A stretch of DNA of 64,000 nucleotides. It comes from Alphaproteobacteria bacterium. GTDB lineage: Bacteria; Pseudomonadota; Alphaproteobacteria; UBA9219. The stretch's first letter is position 1. The number at the start of each line of letters is the position of its first letter. The notes under the pieces are model-generated. The model did not search any database. It saw only the letters and a program-made list of their open reading frames with translations, and had not been told where the DNA came from. The stretch lies in the NCBI GenBank assembly GCA_026225415.1, contig JAMFSS010000006.1:1-64000 (forward strand). The letters run 5' to 3'. Both the position numbers and the translations under genes were made by a program. This document shows, one piece after another, positions 19,523-29,296 of this stretch.

Positions 19523-19537
19523 CTTATATCCTTTGCG

Positions 19538-20017
19538 CTATACGGTACGGCTTACCGCAAGGGGTTGGCAGGTGGGGCTGTAGTTGCCCAGTTCCAGATG
19601 CGAACGGGCAGAATTTTTGTACGACTGGCGTGGCATCGCTTCGTTGCGGATCATCGTCATGATATTTTGTATAAGCTGGCGCGAGGCATCGACCGCGGCG
19701 CGCAACATGCGGGCGTTATAATCGACGGCGACGGCCAGTTTTTTGGCCATATCGCGCAACGCGTCTTTGGCTTCGGGCGTCAGTTTTTTCATCATTTCGG
19801 TTTGGGCGGCAATCGCCTTCATATTCGAGCCGTAATCCATCGCCAGACGCTGTTTGTATTTCAGCAATTCAGGATGTTCGGCCAATTTGCGTTTCGATAC
19901 GACTTCGACTTCGCGCACCAGAACGCGCACCAATTCTTCCATCAACGCGACCGTGGCCGTTACGAGCATGGGTGCGCCCTTCAAAGCCGCGATCAGTTTT
20001 TTATCAATGGGCGACAT
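19538..20017 (-). CDS. flbY: flagellar-operon protein, position-equivalent to Caulobacter FlbY
   Basis: The start is trimmed to MSPIDKK with a GGAGG ribosome-binding site. It is third in the flgI-cheL-flbY arrangement. No recognisable motif; the assignment rests on synteny only. Confidence 0.4.
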   Translation of the reverse strand: MSPIDKKLIAALKGAPMLVTATVALMEELVRVLVREVEVVSKRKLAEHPELLKYKQRLAMDYGSNMKAIAAQTEMMKKLTPEAKDALRDMAKKLAVAVDYNARMLRAAVDASRQLIQNIMTMIRNEAMPRQSYKNSARSHLELGNYSPTCQPLAVSRTV

Positions 20018-20405
20018 TGGAACCTCCGGGGGTGTTGGTTGCGGGTGCGGCATAGGCGTTGGCGGCGCGCGAAGTGGAGATGCCGTTACGTTTGCGTTCA
20101 TCTTCCTGGATACGCAGCATTTCGGTTTTGACCTGATGCGCGATACCCAGCTTGCCGGTTTTGGCGATGATTTTGCCATATTCCTGCAGCATGAAAGATT
20201 TCATGACTTCTTCGCCGTGGCCGCCGCCAAAGGTTGGGTCAACGCCCACCCCTTCGAACATCGGTTGCAGCATTTGCGTCGCGAACATCGCTTCGAAATC
20301 CTGCGCGCTTTTATCGATATTGGCGTTGAGATTTATTTTTGCCGATAAAGCAGGCACAGCGTTGGCGGCCATCGAGGTATCGGCTATGGATGAGAGTGCG
20401 TCCAT
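20004..20405 (-). CDS. cheL: flagellar rod-binding protein (FlgJ N-terminal domain-like; CheL in alphaproteobacteria)
   Basis: SAQDFEAMFATQMLQPMFEG is the Rod_binding motif. Its start overlaps the flgI stop. Confidence 0.7.
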   Translation of the reverse strand: MDALSSIADTSMAANAVPALSAKINLNANIDKSAQDFEAMFATQMLQPMFEGVGVDPTFGGGHGEEVMKSFMLQEYGKIIAKTGKLGIAHQVKTEMLRIQEDERKRNGISTSRAANAYAAPATNTPGGSNVAH

Positions 20406-21598
20406 TAGAGGATCTCCAAATCTGCCTGTAACGCGCCAGCGGCTTTGATTGATTGGAGAATCTGGATCATATCGCGGGGGCCAATGCCAAGCGCGTTCAG
20501 GCTTTGCACCAGATCCTGCAGACTGACTCCGCCTTGCAACATAGCCAGCTTGTTGCCTTTGTTTTCATCAACACTGATATCCGAGCGCTGCACGACTGTG
20601 GTCGTGCCGCCTTGCGACAAGGGTCCCGGCTGCGACACTTGGGGTGTTTCGGTGATTTTAATGGTCAGGTTACCTTGGGCGATGGCAACCGTATTGATAT
20701 GCACGCTTTCGCCCATCACGATAACGCCGGATTGTTCATCGATCACCACGCGCGCAACTTCGTCGGGCGTGACTTTCAGCTGTTCGATATCGGTCATGAA
20801 GCCCACCACATCACCGCGGCGGTTTTCGGGCACTTGCAGTTTAATCGTCGCGCTATCAATGGCATCGGCCAGCGGCGCCTTCATATGGTCATTGATCGCG
20901 TCAGCAACGCGTTTGGCCGTAGTAAAATCGGGATTGCGCAAGGCCAGACTAAGCGTGCCGAGATTGGCCAGTTTGAATTTAATTTCACGTTCGACAATGG
21001 CACCCGATGCGATACGGCCCGATGTAGGCACACCTTTGGTGACGCTGGAGCCGCTGGCGCCGGTTGCGCTGAAACCCGATGAAACAGAACCTTGTGCAAC
21101 GGCATAGACTTCACCGTCCGCGCCTTGAAGCGGCGTCACCAGCAAAGTGCCGCCTTGCAAGGATTTCGCATCACCCATGGTCGAAACAACAACATCGATG
21201 CGCGAACCTTGCGAAGAGAAAGGTGGCAAAGTCGCCGTGACCATGACGGCCGCGATGTTTTTGGTTTTAATCGTGCTGAAATCGCCGCTGGAATTAATCC
21301 CCAGACGTTCCAACATACCGATAAGGCTGCGTTCGGTGAAAGGCGCGTTGGTCAGCGAGTCGCCGGTGCCGTTAAGACCGACAACCAAGCCATAACCAAC
21401 CAGCATATTGTCGCGAACGCCTTCGAAATTGACGACATCCTTAAGGCGCGATGCCGCATGCGCGTTTGAAAGAGGCAGAAAGATCAGAAGTGCGATGGCT
21501 GCCGCCGCTTTAAGGAGGGGGTATCGGCGGGCGCGAGCGAACTTCGCCACCGATAGGCGGGGGAGAGAGAAGATTTTTAATGAAAGTGATGCAACCAT
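20405..21598 (-). CDS. flgI: flagellar P-ring protein FlgI
   Basis: LVGYGLVVGLNGTGDS and a full-length FlgI. The start is trimmed to MVASLSL (AGGAG ribosome-binding site). The longer ORF extension contains the sigma54 promoter. Confidence 0.9.
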   Translation of the reverse strand: MVASLSLKIFSLPRLSVAKFARARRYPLLKAAAAIALLIFLPLSNAHAASRLKDVVNFEGVRDNMLVGYGLVVGLNGTGDSLTNAPFTERSLIGMLERLGINSSGDFSTIKTKNIAAVMVTATLPPFSSQGSRIDVVVSTMGDAKSLQGGTLLVTPLQGADGEVYAVAQGSVSSGFSATGASGSSVTKGVPTSGRIASGAIVEREIKFKLANLGTLSLALRNPDFTTAKRVADAINDHMKAPLADAIDSATIKLQVPENRRGDVVGFMTDIEQLKVTPDEVARVVIDEQSGVIVMGESVHINTVAIAQGNLTIKITETPQVSQPGPLSQGGTTTVVQRSDISVDENKGNKLAMLQGGVSLQDLVQSLNALGIGPRDMIQILQSIKAAGALQADLEIL

Positions 21599-21627
21599 AA
21601 CAGCTCCTGATCCTCTGCCGCTATCAA

Positions 21628-21644
21628 TGCGAGAGTCGTGCCAA
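21628..21644 (-). promoter_or_regulatory. sigma54-type -24/-12 promoter for the flgI operon
   Basis: The minus strand reads TTGGCACgactcTCGCA. GG and GC have the correct spacing. It lies about 30 nt upstream of the trimmed flgI start. Confidence 0.55.
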
Positions 21645-21797
21645 GGTTGCTGGATCCCCACTAAATTTTTATAATCTGTTGTTTCATCATGATTTTTTAC
21701 AATGACTCTTGCGTCTGCCTTACGCTAGGCTATAGTCCGCAGGAAGGCATTATTTGCCCAGTTAAGTGCATAATGCGTTGTTAGTTTTGAGGTTCGC

Positions 21798-22220
21798 GTG
21801 ATTGACAAGATTGACGGCTTAGGTTCGATACGCTCGGCGCAACCGGTTAAACGCGCCGCCAAAAGCGATTCCGCCAGCGGTTCGTCTTTTGCCACGCATT
21901 TGGGCGAAGGCGACGAATCCGCCCCCGTCAGCGGCATGAGCAGCACCAATGCCGTGAACGGCATTTTGGGCGTTCAGGAAGTTGATGATGCGTTGGCCCA
22001 TGCATCGCGCGGCAAGCTGCGCGCCGAAGATATCCTCGACCGTTTGGATGATTTGCGTTTGGAATTATTGGCGGGCGGCATTTCGCGTGAAAAATTATTG
22101 CAGCTGAGCCGTATGGTCGCCCATCGTCGCGGACAGATTACCGACCCGAAACTGGCCGCCTTGCTGGATGAAGTCGATCTGCGGGCGCAAGTCGAACTGG
22201 CGAAACATTCAGCCGATTAA
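21798..22220 (+). CDS. fliX: flagellar assembly regulator FliX-like protein
   Basis: A 140-aa protein divergent from flgI, as in Caulobacter. GTG start with a GAGG ribosome-binding site. The conserved C-terminus reads VDLRAQVELAKHSAD. Confidence 0.55.
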   Translation: MIDKIDGLGSIRSAQPVKRAAKSDSASGSSFATHLGEGDESAPVSGMSSTNAVNGILGVQEVDDALAHASRGKLRAEDILDRLDDLRLELLAGGISREKLLQLSRMVAHRRGQITDPKLAALLDEVDLRAQVELAKHSAD

Positions 22221-22663
22221 ACTATCTCCAGCGTTAGCATCAAGGCATCAACCGCACCGGTATCACGTTGATAATAGCGCGGGCGCTTGCCGGTCATTTT
22301 GAACCCATGTTTTTCGTACAGCTTTTGCGCAGGCGTATTATCTTCCGCGACTTCCAGAAATATTTTTGATATATGCGCGGCGCGGGCATGTACCAAAATT
22401 TGATTAAGCAAGGCATCGGCAATGCCTTGGCGACGCGCAGCGGGTGCGGCGCAAAGCGTGAGGATTTCGGCCTCGTTGGCCGCCTGTTGCAGCATAGCGA
22501 AGCCTTTTATATCACCTTTTTCCGTTACGACCCATGTTAAAACGGCTGCGTTTGCAAGGCTGTCGGTGATTTGCGGCCGATTCCACACGCCATGCGTAAA
22601 ACTGGCGGCATGCAAGGCGGCCAACAATAGCGCATCTTCGATGACCGCTAGGCGCGTTTCCAA
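22217..22663 (-). CDS. rimI: GNAT family N-acetyltransferase (RimI-like)
   Basis: AARRQGIADALLNQ...KLYEKHGF gives acetyl-CoA-binding motif A. Confidence 0.75.
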   Translation of the reverse strand: METRLAVIEDALLLAALHAASFTHGVWNRPQITDSLANAAVLTWVVTEKGDIKGFAMLQQAANEAEILTLCAAPAARRQGIADALLNQILVHARAAHISKIFLEVAEDNTPAQKLYEKHGFKMTGKRPRYYQRDTGAVDALMLTLEIV

Positions 22664-23325
22664 AGCGGATCCTTCAGGCTTGCCAAAAAATCTTCATGCG
22701 CGGCGCGTTCGGAATCCGTAATGCCATGCGGGCGCGGCGCGCGATATTGGCGCGGTTGTGTTTGAATCGTGTCACCCAACGTCGCTTCGGCGACATTGAT
22801 TGCCAGATCAGGCTGACGGCCGCCCAGCAGTTCAAGATAGACTTCGGCAAGCAATTGGGAATCGAGCAAGGCGCCGTGAAGTTTGCGCACCGAAAGATCG
22901 ACGCCAAAGCGTTTACACAAAGCATCAAGCGAAGCGGGCGCGCCGGGGAATTTTTTACGCGCCATTTTAACCGTGTCGATCGATCGCACCATTTGCAGGG
23001 GTTTATAACCGCAACGCGTCAATTCGGCATTGATGAAACCCATATCGAAACCGGCATTATGGATGATCAAAGGTGCATCGCCGATGAAGGTCAGAAAATC
23101 ATCGACCTTTTCCGCAAAGACGGGTTTGTCGGCCAAAAATTCATCCGTCAGCCCATGCACCATCGATGCTTCGGTAGGTACCGCGCGTTCTGGATTGAGA
23201 TAGGCATGGAAATATTGATCGGTCGCGATATGGTTGATCAATTCGACGCAGCCGATTTCAACGACGCGGTCGCCCTTCAACGGATCGAGGCCGGTGGTTT
23301 CGGTATCAAGGACGATTTCACGCAT
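22648..23325 (-). CDS. dnaQ: DNA polymerase III epsilon subunit (3'-5' exonuclease)
   Basis: MREIVLDTETTGLDP...HNAGFD...HGALLD gives the DEDDh exo motifs I-III. Confidence 0.9.
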   Translation of the reverse strand: MREIVLDTETTGLDPLKGDRVVEIGCVELINHIATDQYFHAYLNPERAVPTEASMVHGLTDEFLADKPVFAEKVDDFLTFIGDAPLIIHNAGFDMGFINAELTRCGYKPLQMVRSIDTVKMARKKFPGAPASLDALCKRFGVDLSVRKLHGALLDSQLLAEVYLELLGGRQPDLAINVAEATLGDTIQTQPRQYRAPRPHGITDSERAAHEDFLASLKDPLWKRA

Positions 23326-23385
23326 TGTTTAAGCCTTTCTTTTGCCGCATAATAGCAGCGAAAATGGGGAAGCGGGAAGAGCAAA

Positions 23386-24333
23386 GTGGCCGATATAAAA
23401 GAACGAATTCTGGTAATAAGGCTGGGCGCGCTGGGCGATCTGGTGTTTTGTTTTCAGGCTTTTCAAGACATCCGTCAGGCACATCCCGATGCCGAAATTG
23501 CGTTGCTGACGCGCGCGCCCTTTGCCGGTTTTGCGCAAATGTTGCCCTGGTTTGATCGCGTGATTGTCGAAACCCATCCGGGCGTGTTGCAATGGGGCGC
23601 GTGGTGGCATTTGGCGAAGGAAATCAAATTTTTTGTCCCCACACGCATTTATGATTTACAGGGCAAAAACCGGCAAAGCATTTTGTATTTTTTGCTGGGC
23701 CGTCCTGAATGGTCGGGTGCTGTTTCTGGTTGCGCCTTTCCGCGCCCACAGGCAACCGCCGACATGCATTTTACCGATTTTCTGGCGGCGCAATTGCGCG
23801 TGGCACAGGTGCCGGCTGCGCCAAAACCTGATATGGAATGGCTGGATGCGCCGTTGGATAAATTTGCTTTGCCAGCGCGTTATGCGATTTTTATTCCGGG
23901 CTGTTCGCCCAGCGCACCACATAAACGTTGGGCGGCTGAAAAATTTTCTGCGCTTGCTAAAAAATTACAGGTGCAAGATTTTGCCTGTATCGCCGTGGGC
24001 ACAGAGACAGACAGCGATGCGGTGGCATCCATCAAACAACACGCGCCCGGCGTTATGAATTTATGCGGGCGCACATCCTTGTTTGAGCTGGGGGCGATTT
24101 TACGCCGCGCTTCGTTGGTTGTTGGCAATGATACCGGCCCTTTACACATGGCGGCTGCCGTTGGTGCACCGGTGTTAGCGTTATTTTCCGGCAGATCTAG
24201 CCCCGTTTGGTCGAAACCGCCCGGTGACAAAGTGACCGTTCTGCAAACGGAAAACCTGAATGATTTAGATGCAGAGATTGTTAGCGCTGTTTCGTTTGAC
24301 GCGTTGGAAAAAAACGCGCGGCGCGGTCAATAA
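23386..24333 (+). CDS. glycosyltransferase family 9 (LPS heptosyltransferase)
   Basis: ILVIRLGALGDLVFCFQAF...GNDTGPLHMAAAVGAPVLALF is the GT9 signature. Confidence 0.8.
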   Translation: MADIKERILVIRLGALGDLVFCFQAFQDIRQAHPDAEIALLTRAPFAGFAQMLPWFDRVIVETHPGVLQWGAWWHLAKEIKFFVPTRIYDLQGKNRQSILYFLLGRPEWSGAVSGCAFPRPQATADMHFTDFLAAQLRVAQVPAAPKPDMEWLDAPLDKFALPARYAIFIPGCSPSAPHKRWAAEKFSALAKKLQVQDFACIAVGTETDSDAVASIKQHAPGVMNLCGRTSLFELGAILRRASLVVGNDTGPLHMAAAVGAPVLALFSGRSSPVWSKPPGDKVTVLQTENLNDLDAEIVSAVSFDALEKNARRGQ

Positions 24334-25141
24334 AGCCTTTACCCACGACAGGTTTCAGAACCATAGCCGCAATATTTATCGCGCCGCAGGTGAGCCAATT
24401 TTTGGTGCCCAGATTATGGCGGTTATAATTGGCGCGACGCCAAGCGTGAAAATGATCGCCGCGCAGGATGCGCTCCATACGCGATGACATGGGTTTATCG
24501 AACCGCCCCGCCTCCACAGCATCGATGGTCGATTTTAACATACCGGCACGCATGGCGGGCGGCGTGATGCCATAGGTATCAAGCCCGTGAAACCAGGGGC
24601 GGCGCAGATCATCATCGAATGTTAGACCGCGCACGCCCTTGGCCAGAAATTTTTGTGCACCGACCATCGTGATTAAATAAGCGCCTGCGCTGTTGGGGAT
24701 TTTGGAATAGTGGATCAGTTTACGCCCGCCATCCAATTCTGCCAACGGCACATAAGCGCGACGTGGCGGCGAGGAAAGGCGTAAAATATCCCATCCTAAT
24801 GGCATGAATTTTTGCGCTTGGGTGATAAGCGTCAAAATATCCGGCGCAATTTCCAAATCATCTTCCATGACGAGTGCCATGTAACCTGCTTCGCCGCTGG
24901 CGATACGTTTCATGGCGCGAAGATGGCTGGCGTAACAGCCGATTTCACCACGTTTCATCGTGGTTTTGGGGACGCCCGCCGCATCATAAAAATAGCCCCG
25001 CAAATCATCAGGCACCTGATCACCCAGAATGCCGGGTTGGCGCGAATAATCGATGCCTGCCTGCGCCAGTTGTTTTTGCATGTGTGATAGGCGTTCGGTA
25101 TCGCGGTCGAGATTCAATAAAAGGGCGGTGAAATTCTGCAT
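24281..25141 (-). CDS. glycosyltransferase family 25 (LPS/LOS biosynthesis, Lic2B/LgtB-like)
   Basis: LNLDRDTERLSHM...GEIGCYASHL...ALVMEDDLE is the GT25 motif. Confidence 0.75.
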   Translation of the reverse strand: MQNFTALLLNLDRDTERLSHMQKQLAQAGIDYSRQPGILGDQVPDDLRGYFYDAAGVPKTTMKRGEIGCYASHLRAMKRIASGEAGYMALVMEDDLEIAPDILTLITQAQKFMPLGWDILRLSSPPRRAYVPLAELDGGRKLIHYSKIPNSAGAYLITMVGAQKFLAKGVRGLTFDDDLRRPWFHGLDTYGITPPAMRAGMLKSTIDAVEAGRFDKPMSSRMERILRGDHFHAWRRANYNRHNLGTKNWLTCGAINIAAMVLKPVVGKGFIDRAARFFPTRQTKQR

Positions 25142-25143
25142 CT

Positions 25144-25863
25144 CTATTCGCCTTCGCTAAGACGCAAAATTTTGCGCGATAGCATGACCGTTTTCATACG
25201 CAACATAACCAGATAACCGGCATAAAACATAAAACCCGCCCCCATAATCAACAAAGGCCGTAGCATATCTGGCGCAATGGCCGAGCCGCCCATGCGCAAC
25301 AAGCTGGCCGGTTGATGTAAAGTGTTCCACCATTCGACCGAAAATTTGATGATGGGGATATTGACGATGCCGACCAACAACAAAATCGCGCTTGCTTTGG
25401 CACCGCGCTCATCATCATCGAAAGAATGACGCAAAATAATATATCCGCAATAGAGCAAGAACAGCACAAGCACGCTGGTCATGCGGCCATCCCATGCCCA
25501 CCAGGTTCCCCATGTTGGTTTACCCCACAGGCTGCCTGTCGCCAGACAAAGCGCGACAAACACAGCACCCACAGGGGCAGCAGCCACACAGAAAATATCG
25601 GCCAACGTATGGCGCGCGACCAGACCGACCGCCGCCGCCGCCGCCATCGCCATATACAGCCCCATGCCCACCCATGCTGCCGGCACATGCACATACATGA
25701 TGCGGACGGTTTCGCCTTGTTGATAATCGGGCGGCGAATTGAAAAGCGCATAATAAAACCCGGCTGCAAAAGCGATAACCGCGCCAGTGGCAAAGACAGG
25801 CATCAGCCAACCCGCAAGACGGTTGAAATGGGTGGGGTTGGCGAAGTAAGTGATCGGGTTCAT
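25144..25863 (-). CDS. ccmC: heme exporter protein C
   Basis: WGKPTWGTWWAWDGRMTSVL is the tryptophan-rich WWD motif. The start is trimmed to MNPITYFANP. Confidence 0.9.
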   Translation of the reverse strand: MNPITYFANPTHFNRLAGWLMPVFATGAVIAFAAGFYYALFNSPPDYQQGETVRIMYVHVPAAWVGMGLYMAMAAAAAVGLVARHTLADIFCVAAAPVGAVFVALCLATGSLWGKPTWGTWWAWDGRMTSVLVLFLLYCGYIILRHSFDDDERGAKASAILLLVGIVNIPIIKFSVEWWNTLHQPASLLRMGGSAIAPDMLRPLLIMGAGFMFYAGYLVMLRMKTVMLSRKILRLSEGE

Positions 25864-25864
25864 G

Positions 25865-26506
25865 TTATTCTTGGGTATGACGCAAAGAGGCGGCAATGAT
25901 GAGGGGCGCGGTCGGCAAAAGCAAGGCAAGGATAGACCCGAGAAACAACAGCGGTTGAGCCGCGTCACCGGTGCAAGCCGAAACCGCAAAGATAAGAATG
26001 GGGATGTAAAACGGCACCAGAAGCAGCGTCAGAAGCGCCGCATTGCGGTGCAAGGCAACAGTCAGCGCACCCGCAATGCCGCCCAGCAAGACCAGCGACG
26101 GGATACCCAACACAAAAGTCGCGAGCAGTTTTGGTAAAACTTCCACATCCATATTCAGCAAGAGCGCCGCGGGCAACAGCATCACAACAAGCACGACAAA
26201 TATCGCGACACTATGCGCCGCCAATTTGGCAAAAATAATCGCCGCCAGCGGCACAGGCGAGATGAGCATTTCATCAAGCGTGCCATCACGCGCATCTTGC
26301 ACAAACAACCTATCGAGCGACAGCAACCCCATCAACAACGCCGCAACCCAGACAAGGCCGGGGGCAAGGCGGCGCAGCATTTCGGGTTCTGGCCCCAAAG
26401 CGAAGGGCATCAGAATAACCACAAGCACAAAGAACAAGAGCAGCGCAGCCCATTCGGTTTTTTGGCGCGCCTGTAAACGGATTTCGTGGCGGAGAAGAGC
26501 CAGCAT
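25865..26506 (-). CDS. ccmB: heme exporter protein B
   Basis: Multi-transmembrane CcmB. The start is trimmed to MLALLRHEIRLQ. It is tightly packed between ccmA and ccmC. Confidence 0.85.
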   Translation of the reverse strand: MLALLRHEIRLQARQKTEWAALLLFFVLVVILMPFALGPEPEMLRRLAPGLVWVAALLMGLLSLDRLFVQDARDGTLDEMLISPVPLAAIIFAKLAAHSVAIFVVLVVMLLPAALLLNMDVEVLPKLLATFVLGIPSLVLLGGIAGALTVALHRNAALLTLLLVPFYIPILIFAVSACTGDAAQPLLFLGSILALLLPTAPLIIAASLRHTQE

Positions 26507-26508
26507 CA

Positions 26509-27075
26509 CTACACCGCCCCCATTTTCAAATGTTGGATATCCACCAATGGCCATGTTTCATGCGTGGCGGCAATTACCATACCGCCCGTAGCGCAATGAT
26601 GCACAATGGCGGCGAACAGCAGATCGCGCCCCGCGGCATCGAGTGCGGTTGTCGGTTCATCCAGCAACCACAAAGGCGCGTTATTGATTGCCAAGCGCGT
26701 CAGGCTGAGGCGGCGCTTTTGTCCCGCCGATAAAGTGCGCACCGGCCGGTCGAGCAAGGGGGTGAGGCCAAAGGCCGCCGATGCCCGCGTAACATCTGGC
26801 ACCACGCCCTGTAAAACGGCGAAATAATCCAACATTTCTCGTGTGGTTAAAGCCGGTTTTACGGCATCAAGATGCCCGATATAGCAAGATTTTGTTTCGG
26901 ATATGGTGCCGAATGCAGGCGGCAATAAACCTGCCAGCGTGCGCAAAAGGGTGGATTTGCCGCTGCCATTATCGCCGGTAATTTGTAAAAAACAGCCTGC
27001 CGCAAGGGTGAAACCGAGATTGCGGAAAATAAAGCGCCCGTTGCGGCGGCAGGAAAGATTTTCGACGGATAGCAT
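26509..27075 (-). CDS. ccmA: heme ABC exporter ATP-binding protein
   Basis: Walker A (GDNGSGKST), LSAGQKRRLSL and Walker B (LWLLDEP). Confidence 0.9.
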   Translation of the reverse strand: MLSVENLSCRRNGRFIFRNLGFTLAAGCFLQITGDNGSGKSTLLRTLAGLLPPAFGTISETKSCYIGHLDAVKPALTTREMLDYFAVLQGVVPDVTRASAAFGLTPLLDRPVRTLSAGQKRRLSLTRLAINNAPLWLLDEPTTALDAAGRDLLFAAIVHHCATGGMVIAATHETWPLVDIQHLKMGAV

Positions 27076-27123
27076 AAGGTCGGTTCTAGCCTTTTATAAT
27101 AAGCCGTGGTAGCTCTATTTGCT

Positions 27124-27810
27124 ATGTCGGTAGCCACTTATCATCTCTATCACCACCCCCTGAACCCCGCCTCGCGCCGCGTCCGTTTGGCCTTGGCGGA
27201 AAAGAATGTCGCCTGCGCCCTTATTCTGGAAAAACCGTGGGAACCGAGCGCAACCTTACAGGCGTTAAACCCCGCCGGTGATTTGCCCGTTTTGGTTATT
27301 GAACAGGACAGCGAAAAACTGGTTCTGGCCGACGGGCAGGCGATTTGCGAATATCTGGAAGAAACCCATGCCGGTAGCCTGTTGGGCAAAACGCCGGCAG
27401 AACGCGCCGAAGCGCGCCGTTTGATCGGCTGGTTCGACCATAAAATGCGTGCCGAGGTAACCGATTTACTGGTCGGCGAAAAAGCGTTGAAACGTTTATG
27501 TGGCAAGGGCGAGCCCGACAGCGCGATTATCCGCGCCGGTTGCGCCAACATCCACGGGCATTTGAAATATCTGGGTTGGTTGACCGAACGCCGCAATTGG
27601 TTGGCGGGCGAGAATTTGACATTGGCCGATCTGGCCGCGGGTTCGCATCTTTCCATCCTTGATTATCTGGGCGATGTGCCGTGGGATGCAGCACCGTTGG
27701 CCAAGGAGTGGTATGCACGTTTGAAATCGCGCCCAGCATTCCGTAGTATTTTAGGCGACCATATTCCGGGTTTTCCGCCACCACGCCATTATGCCGATCT
27801 GGATTTTTAA
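27124..27810 (+). CDS. glutathione S-transferase
   Basis: YHLYHHPLNPASRRVRLALAEK is the GST N-terminal thioredoxin-like fold. A C-terminal GST domain follows. Confidence 0.85.
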   Translation: MSVATYHLYHHPLNPASRRVRLALAEKNVACALILEKPWEPSATLQALNPAGDLPVLVIEQDSEKLVLADGQAICEYLEETHAGSLLGKTPAERAEARRLIGWFDHKMRAEVTDLLVGEKALKRLCGKGEPDSAIIRAGCANIHGHLKYLGWLTERRNWLAGENLTLADLAAGSHLSILDYLGDVPWDAAPLAKEWYARLKSRPAFRSILGDHIPGFPPPRHYADLDF

Positions 27811-28716
27811 ATGAGCATTGCCCATAAAAACAGAGACACAGTTATTGTTGCACCTTTTGGCGTTAAACAAGCGCGCCAAACCAAGGCAATCGATTGGTTT
27901 AAGAATTTGCGCAACCAGATTTGCGCGGAATTTGAAAAAATTGAAGATGAATTGGTGGGGACGGAACATTCTGGTTTGCCCGCCGGTCGGTTTGAGCGCA
28001 AACCGTGGGTTCGAACTGAAGGCGGCGGCGGTGAAATATCCTTAATGCATGGCCGTGTGTTTGAAAAAGTCGGCGTGAACATTTCCACCGTTTATGGACA
28101 ATTTTCCGAAGAATTCCGCAAGCAGATTCCGGGCGCGGCGGAGGATGGCGCTTTTTGGGCATCGGGCATTTCTTTGGTGGCGCATATGCGCAACCCCCAT
28201 GTGCCAGCGGTACACATGAACACGCGGCATATCGTGACATCAAGATCATGGTTTGGCGGTGGCGCGGATTTAACGCCGATGTTTTTTGACACGCCGCAAA
28301 CAGCCGACAACAAACAACAATTCCACGCTGCGTTCAAAAATACTTGCGACAAACATAGCCCCGACTATTACCCCAAATTTTCAAAATGGTGTGACAAGTA
28401 TTTTTACCTGAAACACCGCAACGAACCACGCGGCGTCGGCGGCATTTTCTATGATTATCTGGAAAATAACTGGGAAGATGATTTTGGGTTTACGCAAGAT
28501 GTAGGCCGCGCCTTTTTGGATGTTTATCCACGTATTGTACGCGCGCACATGGAAAAAGACTGGACAGCCGCAGAGCGCGAACATCAAGTGATACGGCGCG
28601 GACGTTATGTGGAGTTTAATTTGCTGTATGATCGCGGCACAATGTTTGGCTTGAAAACCGGCGGCAATGTGGAGGGTATTTTGATGTCGATGCCGCCCGA
28701 AGTTAAGTGGCCTTAA
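27811..28716 (+). CDS. hemF: oxygen-dependent coproporphyrinogen-III oxidase
   Basis: [23 protein letters not shown]...HMNTRHIV...[10 protein letters not shown]. Confidence 0.92.
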   Translation: MSIAHKNRDTVIVAPFGVKQARQTKAIDWFKNLRNQICAEFEKIEDELVGTEHSGLPAGRFERKPWVRTEGGGGEISLMHGRVFEKVGVNISTVYGQFSEEFRKQIPGAAEDGAFWASGISLVAHMRNPHVPAVHMNTRHIVTSRSWFGGGADLTPMFFDTPQTADNKQQFHAAFKNTCDKHSPDYYPKFSKWCDKYFYLKHRNEPRGVGGIFYDYLENNWEDDFGFTQDVGRAFLDVYPRIVRAHMEKDWTAAEREHQVIRRGRYVEFNLLYDRGTMFGLKTGGNVEGILMSMPPEVKWP

Positions 28717-29204
28717 ATAAAATCTTCTTCGTCAGTATTTTCCGAACGAATAGCATCCGTCCAGCGACGTTCCAGCTGACGCAGGGTGCGGAAGGTCGCT
28801 TCTAACCCCTGACCTTCGGTGCTGGCCAGACCTTCGGCCATTTCTATATTGAGTTTCGACAATACATCCAGAACCTCGCGCCCTTTGGGCGATAGCTTTA
28901 AACGCGCCGAACGGCGGTCGCGCACAGAGGCCTGGCGTTCGACATAGCCGCCATCGACCAGATTTTTTAAATTATATGACGCGTTGGAGCCAAGATAGTA
29001 GCCACGTTCGATCATATCGCGAACGGAGATTTCTTCATGCCCTATCGTGCCCAGCATCACCGCCTGAACGGGGCTGAGATCGACCACATTGCGGCGCGAC
29101 AATTCGATACGCACGACATCCAGATAGCGGCGATGCATGCGTTCGATCAGGCGCGGTAAATCCTGCGCGATTTGGACGGGGTTGGGCTGGGTCGTTTCCT
29201 TCAT
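28713..29204 (-). CDS. MarR family transcriptional regulator
   Basis: [12 protein letters not shown]...[50 protein letters not shown] is a winged HTH. Confidence 0.8.
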   Translation of the reverse strand: MKETTQPNPVQIAQDLPRLIERMHRRYLDVVRIELSRRNVVDLSPVQAVMLGTIGHEEISVRDMIERGYYLGSNASYNLKNLVDGGYVERQASVRDRRSARLKLSPKGREVLDVLSKLNIEMAEGLASTEGQGLEATFRTLRQLERRWTDAIRSENTDEEDFI

Positions 29205-29296
29205 GGGACACAGGATACAGGGCAGAAAAATAATAATTGGTAAACGTCTGTTTTTGGCACAGAATGGCTCCCCGACCCCTTCCGCGAGGCTTCCGC

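Noticed and set aside
19361-20131. 256-aa plus-strand ORF antisense to fliK, flbY and cheL
   Set aside because: Arg/Gly-rich nonsense typical of the reverse complement of Ala/Thr-rich coding. The minus-strand flagellar genes are supported by motifs and synteny.
21740-21765. Possible sigma54-like element (GGCATTATTTGC) upstream of fliX on the plus strand
   Set aside because: The GG...GC spacing is 2 nt too short relative to the TGGCAC-N5-TTGC consensus. fliX is class II and CtrA-dependent in Caulobacter, and no clean TTAA-N7-TTAAC box was seen either.
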